A stretch of DNA of 64,000 nt from Desulfomonilia bacterium (GTDB lineage Bacteria; Desulfobacterota; Desulfomonilia; UBA1062), in the NCBI GenBank assembly GCA_050014195.1, contig JBEKDT010000001.1, forward strand, positions 256,001-320,000, written 5' to 3'. The translations under genes were made by a program, and so were the position numbers. The stretch's first letter is position 1. Every line of letters starts with the position of its first letter. Shown here in pieces: positions 1 through 10,946 of the stretch. Below the pieces are notes generated by a model. The model saw nothing but the letters and a program-made list of their open reading frames with translations, searched no databases and had not been told where the DNA came from.

Positions 1-277
1 GACCATCGGCATCACAGGTACAGCCGTGGGACTCGTGCTGGGACTCCTGCTCACCTACAACCTGAATGCCGTTGTGGCTGCCGTTGAATTCGTCTTTCAT
101 ATCCAAGTCATGCCCAAAGACGTGTACTACATCACGGGCCTGCCCACCAAGGTCGATGCCCTTGAGGTAACCCTCATCGCGGTGGCATCGGTGCTGCTGT
201 CGTTCTTCGCCACCATATACCCTGCCAGACAGGCCGCAAAACAAGACCCTGTGGAGGTAATCCGTTATGAAGGATGA
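1..277 (+). CDS. Lipoprotein-releasing ABC transporter permease LolC/E family, C-terminal part (5' truncated by window)
   Basis: Open frame from window start; FtsX-type C-terminus (VYYITGLP...[21 protein letters not shown]); overlaps lolD start. Confidence 0.9.
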   Translation, partial: TIGITGTAVGLVLGLLLTYNLNAVVAAVEFVFHIQVMPKDVYYITGLPTKVDALEVTLIAVASVLLSFFATIYPARQAAKQDPVEVIRYEG

Positions 278-956
278 GCTTGTTCTCACCGTAGAGGACC
301 TCCACAAGTCCTTTCACAAAGGACCTGAGGTTATTGAGGTGCTCAAGGGTGTGAACATTGATGTGCACCAGGCGGAAGGCATCGCAATTGTGGGGGCTTC
401 AGGATCGGGTAAAAGCACATTGCTGCATCTGCTCGGGGGCTTGGAAAAGCCTGATTCAGGTAGCATCGTCTATGGGGACAGTAACATCTCCACCATGAAG
501 GAGCGCGAGATTGCCCAATTCAGGAATAAAAAGATCGGATTTGTATTCCAGTTCCACTATCTGCTGCCCGAGTTTACGGCATTGGAGAATGTGATGGTCC
601 CGGCACTGCTTTCCTCAAAGATGTCCCGCCGGATCAGAGAGCGTTCCGTCGAGCTGCTCGATGTGGTGGGGCTTGCAGACCGCAGGAAACACAAGCCCGG
701 GGAGCTCTCGGGGGGCGAGCAGCAGAGAGTCGCCATCGCGCGGGCCCTTATGATGTCACCCGGGATCCTCCTGGCCGACGAGCCTACCGGCGACCTTGAT
801 CCGGAGACCGGTCACAAGGTCATCGAACTCTTCTCAGGGCTCAAAACAAAGCTCTGTGTCACCTTAATAATTGCCACACATAATATGGAACTCGCCCATA
901 CCATGGATAAGGTACTTGTGCTGAAAGGGGGTCACCTTGAACCAACTGCACAGTAG
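267..956 (+). CDS. lolD: Lipoprotein-releasing ABC transporter ATP-binding protein
   Basis: Walker [46 protein letters not shown]; lies between lolC/E and bamA. Confidence 0.92.
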   Translation: MKDELVLTVEDLHKSFHKGPEVIEVLKGVNIDVHQAEGIAIVGASGSGKSTLLHLLGGLEKPDSGSIVYGDSNISTMKEREIAQFRNKKIGFVFQFHYLLPEFTALENVMVPALLSSKMSRRIRERSVELLDVVGLADRRKHKPGELSGGEQQRVAIARALMMSPGILLADEPTGDLDPETGHKVIELFSGLKTKLCVTLIIATHNMELAHTMDKVLVLKGGHLEPTAQ

Positions 957-3369
957 GGTTCTGATCTTCTTCGCCCTCTTTATGCTCCTGTCCGCTTCAG
1001 CATCTGCAGATCAGTATCTTGTGATGACGCACGATCGGGCCATATCTGAATATCTCGCCGATGTCCCCTGTATTACCTTCTCCGACACTGCACCTACAGA
1101 ACTTTCTCTCGAACACAAGGAGGGGGTCTACCGCGTTACGGACGACAAAGGAGTGGGATACAGTGCAGCTACTCTAGCAGATGCCGCAGACGGTTACCTG
1201 CGGCTCAAAGGCGTGTGTGTGATCAAGGATGTAACCATCAAGGGCTATTCGCGCATAAGCGCAGACGCAATAAGGTTCCGTATCAAAACCGCCAAGGGTG
1301 ATATCCTCCATAAAAATGCCACGAGAAAGGACATCGAGGAGATCTATTCCATGGGATACTTCGAGAAGTGCGATGCCACATTTGAGGACAACGCCGTGGT
1401 CTTTCTCGTGAATGAGTATCCCATCATCATCAAGATCGAGGTCAAGGGCAATAAAGAAATCAAGGAGAAGGACATCCTGGATGCCATCGGACTGAAAAAG
1501 TTCGATATCTTAAATACCAGGCTGTTAAAGACAAGCATCGACCGTATCAAAGGGCTCTATCGCGAGAGGGGTTATTATAAGGTTGATGTCAAGTCCGAGA
1601 CGAATACCACGGAAGGAGGGATTAACCTCACCTTCACCGTGTCTGAGAACAAGCAGCTCTACATCAAGGAGATCACCTTTGACGGAAACGAGCATCTATC
1701 CTCCCGAAAGATCAAAGGCGCCATTGAGACCTCGACCCGCTGGCCGCTGGGTATTTTCAGCCACGAGGGCACATACCAGGACAGCGTGCTCGACACCGAC
1801 CTGCTCCGGATCGAACAGTTCTACGCAGACAACGGCTACATGCAGGTTAAAGTAGGCAGGCCCAAGATCGATATCAAGGAAGACGACGGCATCTATATCT
1901 CCATACCCATCTCGGAAGGGCCGCTCTTTACCGTCGGCACAATCGATGTGGCAGGAGACCTCATCCTGCCCAAAAAAAATCTATACGCAAAGATCGACCT
2001 CAAGCCCGGGGATGTCATGAGCAAGAGCAAGGTCCAGCAGAGCATTGAACACCTGCGGGACATCTACATGGACAAGGGGTACGCCTATGTCCAGATCAAA
2101 CCCGAGAGCACTGAGGAGGGAGAAAACAAGATCGGGCTGACCTTCCATATCACCCAGGGTAAACCCGTTACCATCGACTCGATTCAGATCAAGGGCAACA
2201 CCAAGACCAGGGACAAGGTCATCAGGCGGGAGCTCGAGGTGGAGGAAGGCAAGCTTTTCTCCTCCACGGCCATCAAGGAGAGCAAAGACAACCTTAATCG
2301 GCTCGGATTTTTCAAGTCCACCAATATCGATCCGGTGCCTAAAAACGATGAAAACACGTCGCTGCTGGTGGATGTAGAAGAGACAACCACCGGCTCATTC
2401 TCATTTGGAGCTGCTTACTCCTCCCAGGACGGCCCCATGGGAACCCTTGGTTTGAGTGAGATGAATCTGATGGGCCTCGGCCTGAAGAGCAAGGCAAACG
2501 TAGAATACGGTCCAAAAATAAGGAATTTCACGTTGGACTTTGAGGAGCCCTGGGTCTTCGACCATCCGGTATCGCTTGGTGAACTTCTTTACAACACAAA
2601 AAGGGATTACCTCTACTATACAGAAGAGTCCAGAGGCGGGAATATACGCTTAAGTTACCCTTTCTATGAGAAGATCCGTCACTCTATCATATATTCCTAC
2701 AATGATGTCGTGGGGCTTACCGACATCAATGCAAGCTACCGGCCTTCTCTGACCACGCAGGATATCGAGGGTGGAACCACGAGCAGCATCACAAACAGCC
2801 TTTATCGGGACACCACCAACGACTATTTCCGTCCGACACAAGGTTCCAATCTAAATGTGTCATATGAGTATGCCGGGTTAGGCGGTACATATCACTTCAC
2901 CCGGGCCACCGCATCCGCTGCACAGTTCTTTCCCCTCTGGACCGACAAACTCGCCTTGATGTTGAAACTGAGATGGGGTACAGTAAATCCCATCCGTGGC
3001 GATGACCTCCCTGAATATGAGCGATTCATCCTCGGTGGTTTGAATAGCATTCGAGGCTTCAAATCCGGCCAGATCGGCCCGAGAGACAGCCTGGGTAACA
3101 TCCTGGGGGGAAGGCTCATGGCGATAATGAACATCGAGGTCACTTTCCCTCTTGGTCCGATTCCCGGTCTCTATGGTGTTATCTTCCATGATGAGGGTAA
3201 TGGCTATGAGAAACGCATCGACCTGACGGACCTTAAAAAGTCCTACGGTGCAGGCATCAGGTGGGTGACGCCTATGGGACCGTTGCGGATAGAGTATGCA
3301 AAGGTCATCAACCCCGCGTCTGACGAATCTCCGTCACGGTGGGATTTCACCGTCGGGACTTTTTTCTAG
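937..3369 (+). CDS. bamA: Outer membrane protein assembly factor BamA
   Basis: Signal peptide, POTRA repeats (GNTKTRDKVIRRE), IRGF loop motif, RWVTPMGPLRIEYA, terminal Phe. Confidence 0.95.
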   Translation: MNQLHSRVLIFFALFMLLSASASADQYLVMTHDRAISEYLADVPCITFSDTAPTELSLEHKEGVYRVTDDKGVGYSAATLADAADGYLRLKGVCVIKDVTIKGYSRISADAIRFRIKTAKGDILHKNATRKDIEEIYSMGYFEKCDATFEDNAVVFLVNEYPIIIKIEVKGNKEIKEKDILDAIGLKKFDILNTRLLKTSIDRIKGLYRERGYYKVDVKSETNTTEGGINLTFTVSENKQLYIKEITFDGNEHLSSRKIKGAIETSTRWPLGIFSHEGTYQDSVLDTDLLRIEQFYADNGYMQVKVGRPKIDIKEDDGIYISIPISEGPLFTVGTIDVAGDLILPKKNLYAKIDLKPGDVMSKSKVQQSIEHLRDIYMDKGYAYVQIKPESTEEGENKIGLTFHITQGKPVTIDSIQIKGNTKTRDKVIRRELEVEEGKLFSSTAIKESKDNLNRLGFFKSTNIDPVPKNDENTSLLVDVEETTTGSFSFGAAYSSQDGPMGTLGLSEMNLMGLGLKSKANVEYGPKIRNFTLDFEEPWVFDHPVSLGELLYNTKRDYLYYTEESRGGNIRLSYPFYEKIRHSIIYSYNDVVGLTDINASYRPSLTTQDIEGGTTSSITNSLYRDTTNDYFRPTQGSNLNVSYEYAGLGGTYHFTRATASAAQFFPLWTDKLALMLKLRWGTVNPIRGDDLPEYERFILGGLNSIRGFKSGQIGPRDSLGNILGGRLMAIMNIEVTFPLGPIPGLYGVIFHDEGNGYEKRIDLTDLKKSYGAGIRWVTPMGPLRIEYAKVINPASDESPSRWDFTVGTFF

Positions 3370-3404
3370 GATTTTTAAGAATAAACTCTTAAAGAGGAGT
3401 ATAT

Positions 3405-3944
3405 ATGAAAAGAATTATAGCTTTTTTTACAGCCTGCTTCATCTTCAGTATGTCGGGCCCGCTTATGGCCCTGGACACGAAAATTGCCTATATCGACTCG
3501 CAGAAGATTCTTTATGAATCTCAGGCGGGCAAGGAGGCATACAAGCAACTCAGTGCGATGAAGGATCAGAGGGCTGCTGAGCTCGAGAAGAAGCAGGAGA
3601 AGCTCAAGGCCATGAACGAGCAGCTTCAGGCAAAGTCAGCCACCATGTCAACGGCGGCCCGAGATGATATGGAGGCGAAATATGACAAGGAGCTCAAGGA
3701 ATACAACCGCACACTCAAGGATGCCCAGGACGATCTTAAGCGCAAGGAAATGGAATTCTTAAAGCCTTTCAGCAAGGATCTCGATGAGATCATCAAGACC
3801 TACAGCGAGAAGAACGGAATCGATATCGTCCTTGACAAACAGAACCCAGCCGTTGTCTATGCAGCCCCCAAGATCGACATCACAAGCCAGATCATAACTG
3901 CGTTTGATAAGCGCAATCAGGAAAAGAAAGGAAAGACAAAGTAA
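3405..3944 (+). CDS. skp: OmpH/Skp periplasmic chaperone
   Basis: Signal peptide, KIAYID, coiled coil, DITSQII end; canonical bamA-skp-lpxD order; RBS GAGGAG. Confidence 0.92.
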   Translation: MKRIIAFFTACFIFSMSGPLMALDTKIAYIDSQKILYESQAGKEAYKQLSAMKDQRAAELEKKQEKLKAMNEQLQAKSATMSTAARDDMEAKYDKELKEYNRTLKDAQDDLKRKEMEFLKPFSKDLDEIIKTYSEKNGIDIVLDKQNPAVVYAAPKIDITSQIITAFDKRNQEKKGKTK

Positions 3945-3953
3945 GAGAAACCC

Positions 3954-4964
3954 ATGCTGCTGTCCAGGCTTGTAGAGCTTCTTGGCGGGACCTTACAGGG
4001 TAAAGACAGGGAAATCACCGGCGCATGCACCCTGGAGGAGGCCTCTGCCGATGACATAACTTTCCTGGCCAATCCCAGGTATAAGGGCCAGGTGAAGGAT
4101 ACCAAGGCCGGTGCCGTCATAGTTCAGGAAACCCTCGATCTGCCCATTTCCCAGATCAGAGCCGAGAATGCTTATCTCTATTTCGCCCGGGTCTTGCACC
4201 TCATCTACCCGGAAAAGCCTGTACGCCCAGGTATATCAAAGATGGCCTATGTCCACCCCGAAGCACAAGTACATCCGGGTGCCTGCATCGAAGCGCACGT
4301 ATATGTGGGTGCCAAGGCTCGCATCTTCGAGAACAGCGTGATCTATCCGGGCTGCTTCATCGGGGAGGAGGCCTCGATAGGCGAGCACACAATTCTGTAT
4401 CCCAATGTCGTCGTCTATGACGGGTGCACCATCGGCAGGCACTGTAACATACATGCAGGTGTCGTCATCGGTTCCGACGGGTTCGGCTTTGCATGGGACG
4501 GGAAGCGCCACGTTAAAGTGCCCCAGAAGGGGATCGTTATTATCGGCGACCACGTGGAGATAGGCAGCAACTGTACTATCGACCGTGCAGCACTCACCAG
4601 CACCAGGATCGGGTCGGATGTGAAGATGGACAACCTTGTGCAGATCGGCCATAACGTGGTGGTAGGCGACCATACCATCATCGTCGCCCAGACGGGCATA
4701 TCAGGCAGCGCCCGCATAGGCGCGGGTGTAATTCTGGCCGGTCAGTGCGGTGTGGCAGGCCACATAACCATCGGCGATGGTGTGACTGCAGCGGCCCGTA
4801 CCGGCATTGCCGCAGACATACCCGCCGGCAAGGTGATTTCGGGCTTCCCTGCCATGGACCATAGACACTGGCTCAGGGTCCAGAAGGTCTACAAGGATCT
4901 GCCGGAACTCTTAAAACGTGTTCGCGAGTTGGAAAGAAAGGTAAATGAACTTGCCAAAGATTGA
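3954..4964 (+). CDS. lpxD: UDP-3-O-acylglucosamine N-acyltransferase
   Basis: ITFLANPRY, hexapeptide repeats, IGSDGFGF, TIDRA, DNLVQIGHN. Confidence 0.96.
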   Translation: MLLSRLVELLGGTLQGKDREITGACTLEEASADDITFLANPRYKGQVKDTKAGAVIVQETLDLPISQIRAENAYLYFARVLHLIYPEKPVRPGISKMAYVHPEAQVHPGACIEAHVYVGAKARIFENSVIYPGCFIGEEASIGEHTILYPNVVVYDGCTIGRHCNIHAGVVIGSDGFGFAWDGKRHVKVPQKGIVIIGDHVEIGSNCTIDRAALTSTRIGSDVKMDNLVQIGHNVVVGDHTIIVAQTGISGSARIGAGVILAGQCGVAGHITIGDGVTAAARTGIAADIPAGKVISGFPAMDHRHWLRVQKVYKDLPELLKRVRELERKVNELAKD

Positions 4965-5727
4965 CCCGACTGCTCGTATATCTCCAAAAGCTATCCTGGC
5001 CGAGAATGTGACCATCGGCCCTTACACGGTTGTGGGAGACAACGTAGAGTTCGGTGAGGGGACTGTTGTCGGCCCCCACTGTATGATCGAAGGCCCCACC
5101 GTTATCGGCAAAGGGTGCATATTCACGGGTTATGCCAGCATCGGCACCCCACCCCAGGACCATTCGTACAAGGGCGAGGAAACCCGCCTTGAGATCGGTG
5201 ACGGCAACACATTCCGTGAATTTGTGACCGTAAACAGGGGCACAACCAAAGACCGCGGCGTAACCAGCATAGGCAGCCATAACCTAATCATGGCCTACTG
5301 CCATGTAGCCCACGATTGTGTAGTCGGCAGCCATGTGGTCATGGGGAATCTGGCCACGCTCGCAGGTCATGTGGAGATCCAGGACAATGCCATCTTCGGC
5401 GGCATGTCGGCAATCCATCAGTTTACTCGTGTGGGAACTTATGCCTTCGTGGGCGGCGGATCCAGGGTGAGCCTGGACATCGTGCCCTTTGCCAAGGCCT
5501 CGGGAGATAGGGCGACACTCTACGGAGTGAACACCATCGGACTCAAGAGAAACGGTTTTAGCAAGGAGCACATCACACGGATTGAAAAGGCCTTCCGGAT
5601 CCTGTTTAAACAGGGCCTGCTCTTGAAAGACGCCTTACGCGTGCTGGAACAAGAATTTCCTGACTCTATTGAGATCATCCGGCTGGTAACCTTCCTCAAA
5701 TCGACCCGCAGGGGGATCGCCAGGTGA
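4945..5727 (+). CDS. lpxA: UDP-N-acetylglucosamine acyltransferase
   Basis: Hexapeptide repeats, IGTPPQD, REFVTVNRGT, HVAHDC, LAGHV, HQF, RGIAR end. Confidence 0.96.
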   Translation: MNLPKIDPTARISPKAILAENVTIGPYTVVGDNVEFGEGTVVGPHCMIEGPTVIGKGCIFTGYASIGTPPQDHSYKGEETRLEIGDGNTFREFVTVNRGTTKDRGVTSIGSHNLIMAYCHVAHDCVVGSHVVMGNLATLAGHVEIQDNAIFGGMSAIHQFTRVGTYAFVGGGSRVSLDIVPFAKASGDRATLYGVNTIGLKRNGFSKEHITRIEKAFRILFKQGLLLKDALRVLEQEFPDSIEIIRLVTFLKSTRRGIAR

Positions 5728-6653
5728 AGGCGAACAAGCTCAAGGTCGCAGTGATCGGGGTGGGCTACCTGGGGAGATTTCATGCCCAGAAATTCGCTTC
5801 CATGGAAAATGTTGAGCTTGTCGGTGTGGTGGACATCAACAAGTCCAGGGCGGAAGAGGTGGCCCGTGAGGTGGGCACAATCCCTTCCACCACTATAGAT
5901 ACCCTAGGCCCCCTCGATGCCGTCAGCATTGCAGTGCCCACGTCATCCCATGCAGAGGTGGCCATACCCCTGCTGGAACAAGGGATCGCAGTACTGCTGG
6001 AGAAACCGATAGCAGGGAGTCTTGACGATGCCGCTTCCATCATCGATGCCTCCCACACAGGTGGAGCCATCCTCCAGATCGGCCACCTGGAACGGTTCAA
6101 CCCGGCATTACTTGAGCTGAGAGGAAGCATCACACAGCCCATGTTCATAGAGGCGCATCGCATCAGTCCGTTCAGGGCCCGAGGAACGGATGTCGATGTG
6201 GTCCTGGATATCATGATACACGACCTGGATATCATATTGTCCCTGGTGGATTCCGAGGTGGCCTCCCTGGAGGCCGTAGGCGTGCCCGTGTTGACGGATT
6301 CGGTGGACATTGCAAACGCCAGGTTGCGCTTCAAATCCGGCTGTATCGCCAACATAACGGCCAGCAGGGTGAGCGCGGATGTGATGCGCAAGATCAGGAT
6401 CTTCCAGCCTGACTCCTACATTTCACTGGATTTTGCCAAGGCCAAGGTGGATGTCTATACCTTAAGTGAGACCAGGCAGATCCAGCACAAGCACCTTGCC
6501 ATATCCGAATCGGACGCATTGGCCTCCGAGATCCGCTCCTTTGTCGATGCAGTACTTCATGGCGGTTCCGTCATGGTGGACGGGACTGCAGGGCTCAGGG
6601 CTCTTAAAATGGCCTATGCCGTGAAAGATGCCCTGATCGTACCTAAAAAATGA
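5724..6653 (+). CDS. Gfo/Idh/MocA family oxidoreductase (GnnA-like position)
   Basis: GVGYLGRFHA Rossmann motif, EKP, GHLERFNP, DVDVVLDIMIHDLD; between lpxA and lpxB. Confidence 0.9.
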   Translation: MKANKLKVAVIGVGYLGRFHAQKFASMENVELVGVVDINKSRAEEVAREVGTIPSTTIDTLGPLDAVSIAVPTSSHAEVAIPLLEQGIAVLLEKPIAGSLDDAASIIDASHTGGAILQIGHLERFNPALLELRGSITQPMFIEAHRISPFRARGTDVDVVLDIMIHDLDIILSLVDSEVASLEAVGVPVLTDSVDIANARLRFKSGCIANITASRVSADVMRKIRIFQPDSYISLDFAKAKVDVYTLSETRQIQHKHLAISESDALASEIRSFVDAVLHGGSVMVDGTAGLRALKMAYAVKDALIVPKK

Positions 6654-7741
6654 CAGCACAAAGAATCCTCATGGTGGCGGGCGAGGCAAGTGCGGACCGG
6701 CATGCTGCTTGCGTGATAAGGGCCGTCAAACAACTCATACCCGACTCTGAGATCTTCGGCATGGGCGGCCCGGAGATGGCCGGGGCCGGTATGCAATGCA
6801 TCTTCAGTATGGACGAGCTTTCCGTCATGGGTTTCACGGATGTCATCCCGAAGATCCGAAGGATCTTTAAGATCTATACCGGGATTAAACGGCTCATGGA
6901 GGAGAAGAGACCTGAGCTCTTCATACCGGTGGACCTGCCGGATTTCAACATGCGCTTGGCCAGGCATGCCAAAATCAGAGGGTTAAGGGTGCTTTACTAC
7001 ATAGCACCCCAGGCATGGGCATGGAGGAGTTCCCGGTCCAGGACGATGGCCAGGGTCACCGATGGCCTGGCCGTGATATTCCCCTTTGAGGAGCGTTTCT
7101 TCACCTCCTATGGAGTGAACACACGGTATGTGGGCCACCCCTTCCTGGAAGAACTGGATCTTTCATGGAAGGCATCATGGCCGCCAAGACGCATAGGGAT
7201 CATGCCAGGCAGCAGGTATCATGAAATCATAAGGATCCTTCCCGTGATGATGGCTGCCAAGCGCCGCATCGAGGAAAGACATCCGGAGCTCTCCTGGCAC
7301 CTGAGAGTGGCGCCGGGGCTTGATTCAAACGACATCAATGCCCTGGTAGATAAGAATGTTCAGCTCGAAAGCGGCTTAGCCGAAGTGGACCTCGCCATGG
7401 TGAAATCCGGTACCTCTTCTTTAGAGATGGCACTTCAAGGCGTGCCCGAGGTCATCTGCTACAAGACATCGCCGTTGAACTACCTCCTTGCACGGACCTT
7501 CGTAAAGATCGCAAACATCGGAATGCCCAATATCATCGCAGGCAAGAAAATCGTCCCCGAGCTCATCCAGAACCATCTTACGTCGGAAGACCTCGCCCGA
7601 ACGATCCTCTTATACCTGGAAGAGAAGTCTTTATTTGAAGCGACACAGAGATCCTTTGGAGAGTTGCGGGAGTCGTTGGGGACCATGAAGGCGTCCAAAG
7701 GAGTAGCCATGTGGTCACAGGAACTTATGGAGGGGGCATGA
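6650..7741 (+). CDS. lpxB: Lipid-A-disaccharide synthase
   Basis: AGEASAD, DLPDFN, YYIAPQAWAWR, YVGHP, MPGSR, SGT, PNII, PELIQ. Confidence 0.95.
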   Translation: MTAQRILMVAGEASADRHAACVIRAVKQLIPDSEIFGMGGPEMAGAGMQCIFSMDELSVMGFTDVIPKIRRIFKIYTGIKRLMEEKRPELFIPVDLPDFNMRLARHAKIRGLRVLYYIAPQAWAWRSSRSRTMARVTDGLAVIFPFEERFFTSYGVNTRYVGHPFLEELDLSWKASWPPRRIGIMPGSRYHEIIRILPVMMAAKRRIEERHPELSWHLRVAPGLDSNDINALVDKNVQLESGLAEVDLAMVKSGTSSLEMALQGVPEVICYKTSPLNYLLARTFVKIANIGMPNIIAGKKIVPELIQNHLTSEDLARTILLYLEEKSLFEATQRSFGELRESLGTMKASKGVAMWSQELMEGA

Positions 7742-9474
7742 AAGGTCTTACTACATACCGGCGGTTGCTGACTTATATCATTCCCTATAAATACAAACTG
7801 CTGGTCTCGCTGATCCTGTCACTGATCATAGCCGCCTGCATGCCGGCCATTGCCCTGCTCGTCAAGAACGTCATGGACGACATTTTTATTGCCAGGAAAC
7901 TTGTCATGCTCTATTTCATTGTAATGGCCGTCGTGGCCATCTACCTCATCAAGACGGTCTGCGACTACTTCAGTTTCTACTTCATGAACGACATCGGCCA
8001 GCGTACCATCATGACCCTCAGGGACGATCTCTATGCACATATCCAGACCCTTTCCATGCCCTACTTCATCCGCACCCCCACCGGGATACTCATCTCGAGG
8101 ATCACGAATGATGTCAACCTGGTCCAGCTCTCTGTCACTGAGTCGGTCACAGAATTCATCCGCCAGTCCCTAACGCTGCTCGGACTCATGGCGGCGGTAT
8201 TCTGGCGTGACTGGCGCCTTGCACTTATTGCGATGATCGTATTTCCTCTTGTCATCTATCCTATCAACAAATTCGGCCAGAGGCTCAAGCGTTATTCCAT
8301 TAAGAGCATGAAGGTGATGGGCAATGTCATGAGCATCCTTGATGAGGCCATCAGCGGCATCAGGATCGTGAAGGCCTACAACATGGAGGACTACGAAACA
8401 AGGAGATTTTCTGCTGAAAACAGAAATTACTATACGAACTGGATGAAGAGGATCAGGGTAAGGGCCATTTCCGGCCCGCTCATGGAGCTCATCGGCGGCC
8501 TGGCTACCGCGCTGCTCCTTTGGTACGGGGGCCTAAGGGTGATCAGGGGGGTGATGACCTCGGGCGAGTTCTTGTCGTTTATAACGGGGTTGTCAATGCT
8601 CTATTCGCCGATCCGCAAGCTCAACAAGGTGAACATTGAAATCCAGGAGGGGATTGCTGCAGCCAGCAGGATCTTCGACCTTCTGGATACCAGGCCCGAG
8701 ATCATGGAGAAGGCCGGAGCGAAGGCACTCCCCAGGGTTGAGGGCCATTTTGAATTCAAGGATGTATGGTTCAGCTACACGAACGATGATAGGTACGCCC
8801 TGGAGGGGATCACCTTCCGGGCGGATAAAGGCAGACAGATCGCGCTTGTCGGTGAATCAGGATCAGGCAAGTCAACAATGGCAAACCTCTTGCCGAGGTT
8901 CTTCGACGTAAGCTCCGGACAGATCCTTGTAGGCGGGACTGACATCAGGGAGGTAACTCTGGCATCGCTGAGGGAAAACATCGCCATGGTAACCCAGGAG
9001 ATGATCCTGTTCAATGACACCATCAGGGCCAACATTGCCTATGGAACCCAAAGTTCTTCCCTGGATAAGATCATCGAGGCGGCCAAGGCGGCCAATGCCC
9101 ACGATTTCATCATGAGCCAGAAAAACGGCTATGACACCGTGGTGGGAGAGAGCGGGATAAGGCTCTCCGGAGGCCAGCGGCAGAGATTGTGCATCGCGAG
9201 GGCCATCATCAAGAACGCCCCGATCCTCATCCTTGATGAGGCTACATCGGCACTGGATACAGAGTCGGAGCGCGAAGTCCAGGCTGCCCTGGACATACTC
9301 ATGAAGGGAAGGACCACCCTCGTGATCGCCCACCGTCTCTCCACCATCGTAGGGGCGGATGAGATCATCGTGCTCAGCAGAGGCCGTATCGTGGAAAAGG
9401 GAACTCACGACGCGCTGCTGAAGAATAACGGCCATTATGCGAGGCTCTATGCCCTTCAGTTCGGGAATGCTTGA
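7738..9474 (+). CDS. msbA: Lipid A export ABC transporter (permease plus ATPase)
   Basis: Multi-TM domain plus GESGSGKS, LSGGQRQR, LDEATSALD; start placed at ATG 7738 (ATGA overlap with lpxB, RBS GGAGGG). Confidence 0.9.
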   Translation: MKGLTTYRRLLTYIIPYKYKLLVSLILSLIIAACMPAIALLVKNVMDDIFIARKLVMLYFIVMAVVAIYLIKTVCDYFSFYFMNDIGQRTIMTLRDDLYAHIQTLSMPYFIRTPTGILISRITNDVNLVQLSVTESVTEFIRQSLTLLGLMAAVFWRDWRLALIAMIVFPLVIYPINKFGQRLKRYSIKSMKVMGNVMSILDEAISGIRIVKAYNMEDYETRRFSAENRNYYTNWMKRIRVRAISGPLMELIGGLATALLLWYGGLRVIRGVMTSGEFLSFITGLSMLYSPIRKLNKVNIEIQEGIAAASRIFDLLDTRPEIMEKAGAKALPRVEGHFEFKDVWFSYTNDDRYALEGITFRADKGRQIALVGESGSGKSTMANLLPRFFDVSSGQILVGGTDIREVTLASLRENIAMVTQEMILFNDTIRANIAYGTQSSSLDKIIEAAKAANAHDFIMSQKNGYDTVVGESGIRLSGGQRQRLCIARAIIKNAPILILDEATSALDTESEREVQAALDILMKGRTTLVIAHRLSTIVGADEIIVLSRGRIVEKGTHDALLKNNGHYARLYALQFGNA

Positions 9475-10423
9475 TTGCCTGGCGCTGATCTACGGCGCTG
9501 TGGTGAAAGTCCGAAACACCTTGTACGACCTGGGTGTATTGAATATTCATAAGGTACCTTTACTTGTGGTGAGCGTGGGCAATATTGAATCAGGTGGAAC
9601 GGGCAAGACCCCCTTTACCATGGCACTGGCAGGCGGGCTCTTTCAGAGAGGCCGTAAGGTTTCCATCATAACGCGAGGATACAAAGGCATACTGAAAGGT
9701 CCCGTCCTCGTCGAACACCGCCACCTAAGCGAGGAAGTGGGTGATGAGGCTCTGCTCATGTCACGGCTCATGAAGGTACCTGTCGTCAAGAGCCCCGACA
9801 GGGTTAAAGGTGCACTCTTCGCTCATACAAATCTCGGCAGCGAGATCGTTGTGCTGGACGATGGATTCCAGCATCGCAGGCTCCACCGTGACCTGGACAT
9901 TGTCCTTGTAAGCAGGGACGTCAAGGGCGAGAAGCTCCTGCCTGCCGGGACGCTGCGTGAACACGCAACATCACTCAAACGTGCGAATGTCATCGTGTCA
10001 TTGAAAGGCGCTGACTATGACGGACTCAAGGCCGAGCTGATACCGTCGGCCCTTGTGGATCTTCACGGAAATACTTACGGTCTTGAACTCGTTTCAGGCA
10101 AGCGGGTGCTCGCTTTCTGCGCCATCGGCAGACCCGAACACTTTATCGCAATGCTTCATGGGCTGGGCGCTGATGTGGATGGGCTTGTCTTTAAGGACCA
10201 TCATTCCTACACATTATCCGATGTAAGAGATATCATGGACCGGTCCGCAGGCAGGGATTTGGCGATTACCACCGAGAAAGATCTGGTGAAGATAAATCCT
10301 GCTTGGTTCACCGGAATTACAGAGAAGCTTTTTGCAGTGCGGGTGGGTATAGAGATGAGAGGATTGGCGGGTATGCTGGATGAGATCGAACAGTTGGCCG
10401 AGAACAGCCGTTTTCCTGGATAG
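9467..10423 (+). CDS. lpxK: Tetraacyldisaccharide 4'-kinase
   Basis: SVGNIESGGTGKTP, RGY, GDEA, LDDGFQH, LLPAGTLRE, TTEKD; start uncertain (9437 or 9467). Confidence 0.95.
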   Translation: MLDCLALIYGAVVKVRNTLYDLGVLNIHKVPLLVVSVGNIESGGTGKTPFTMALAGGLFQRGRKVSIITRGYKGILKGPVLVEHRHLSEEVGDEALLMSRLMKVPVVKSPDRVKGALFAHTNLGSEIVVLDDGFQHRRLHRDLDIVLVSRDVKGEKLLPAGTLREHATSLKRANVIVSLKGADYDGLKAELIPSALVDLHGNTYGLELVSGKRVLAFCAIGRPEHFIAMLHGLGADVDGLVFKDHHSYTLSDVRDIMDRSAGRDLAITTEKDLVKINPAWFTGITEKLFAVRVGIEMRGLAGMLDEIEQLAENSRFPG

Positions 10424-10946
10424 GGATGACACGATCATCAGGGATACGGGATATTTGAGCGACCCCTTAAGGATCGAGATCCTGCCGGGTGCAGTGAAGG
10501 CCGTCCAAGCACTCAATGAGGCAGGCATCCCGGTTATCATCATTACCAATCAGTCCGGCATTGCACGAGGGTTTCTCGATGAGGACACCTTAGAGGCGAT
10601 CCACTTAAGGCTTACCACCCTTCTCTCGGAGCAGGGGGCCCGGATTGATGCCGTCTATTATTGTCCCCACCATCCGGAAGGAATCAGGGAAAAGTATCGG
10701 GTGGAGTGTACCTGCCGCAAGCCCGAACCCGGGCTTCTACTCCGGGCTGCCGACGAATTCGGGCTTGATCTGATGCGCTGTTACCTGGTAGGGGACAAGC
10801 CCATTGACATAGAGACCATACACCGGGTGGGCGGCAAAGGCATTCTTATCGGATCCGGAAAGGACACTGGTCTGACAGATAGACCCGATTTCTCGGCAAC
10901 CACCTTGGAAGATGCAGTGTACTGGATACTCAAGGACATGAAGTGA
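10380..10946 (+). CDS. gmhB: D-glycero-D-manno-heptose-1,7-bisphosphate phosphatase (HAD-IIIA)
   Basis: FLDRDDT, TNQSG, YYCPHH, CTCRKP, GDK. Confidence 0.85.
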   Translation: MRSNSWPRTAVFLDRDDTIIRDTGYLSDPLRIEILPGAVKAVQALNEAGIPVIIITNQSGIARGFLDEDTLEAIHLRLTTLLSEQGARIDAVYYCPHHPEGIREKYRVECTCRKPEPGLLLRAADEFGLDLMRCYLVGDKPIDIETIHRVGGKGILIGSGKDTGLTDRPDFSATTLEDAVYWILKDMK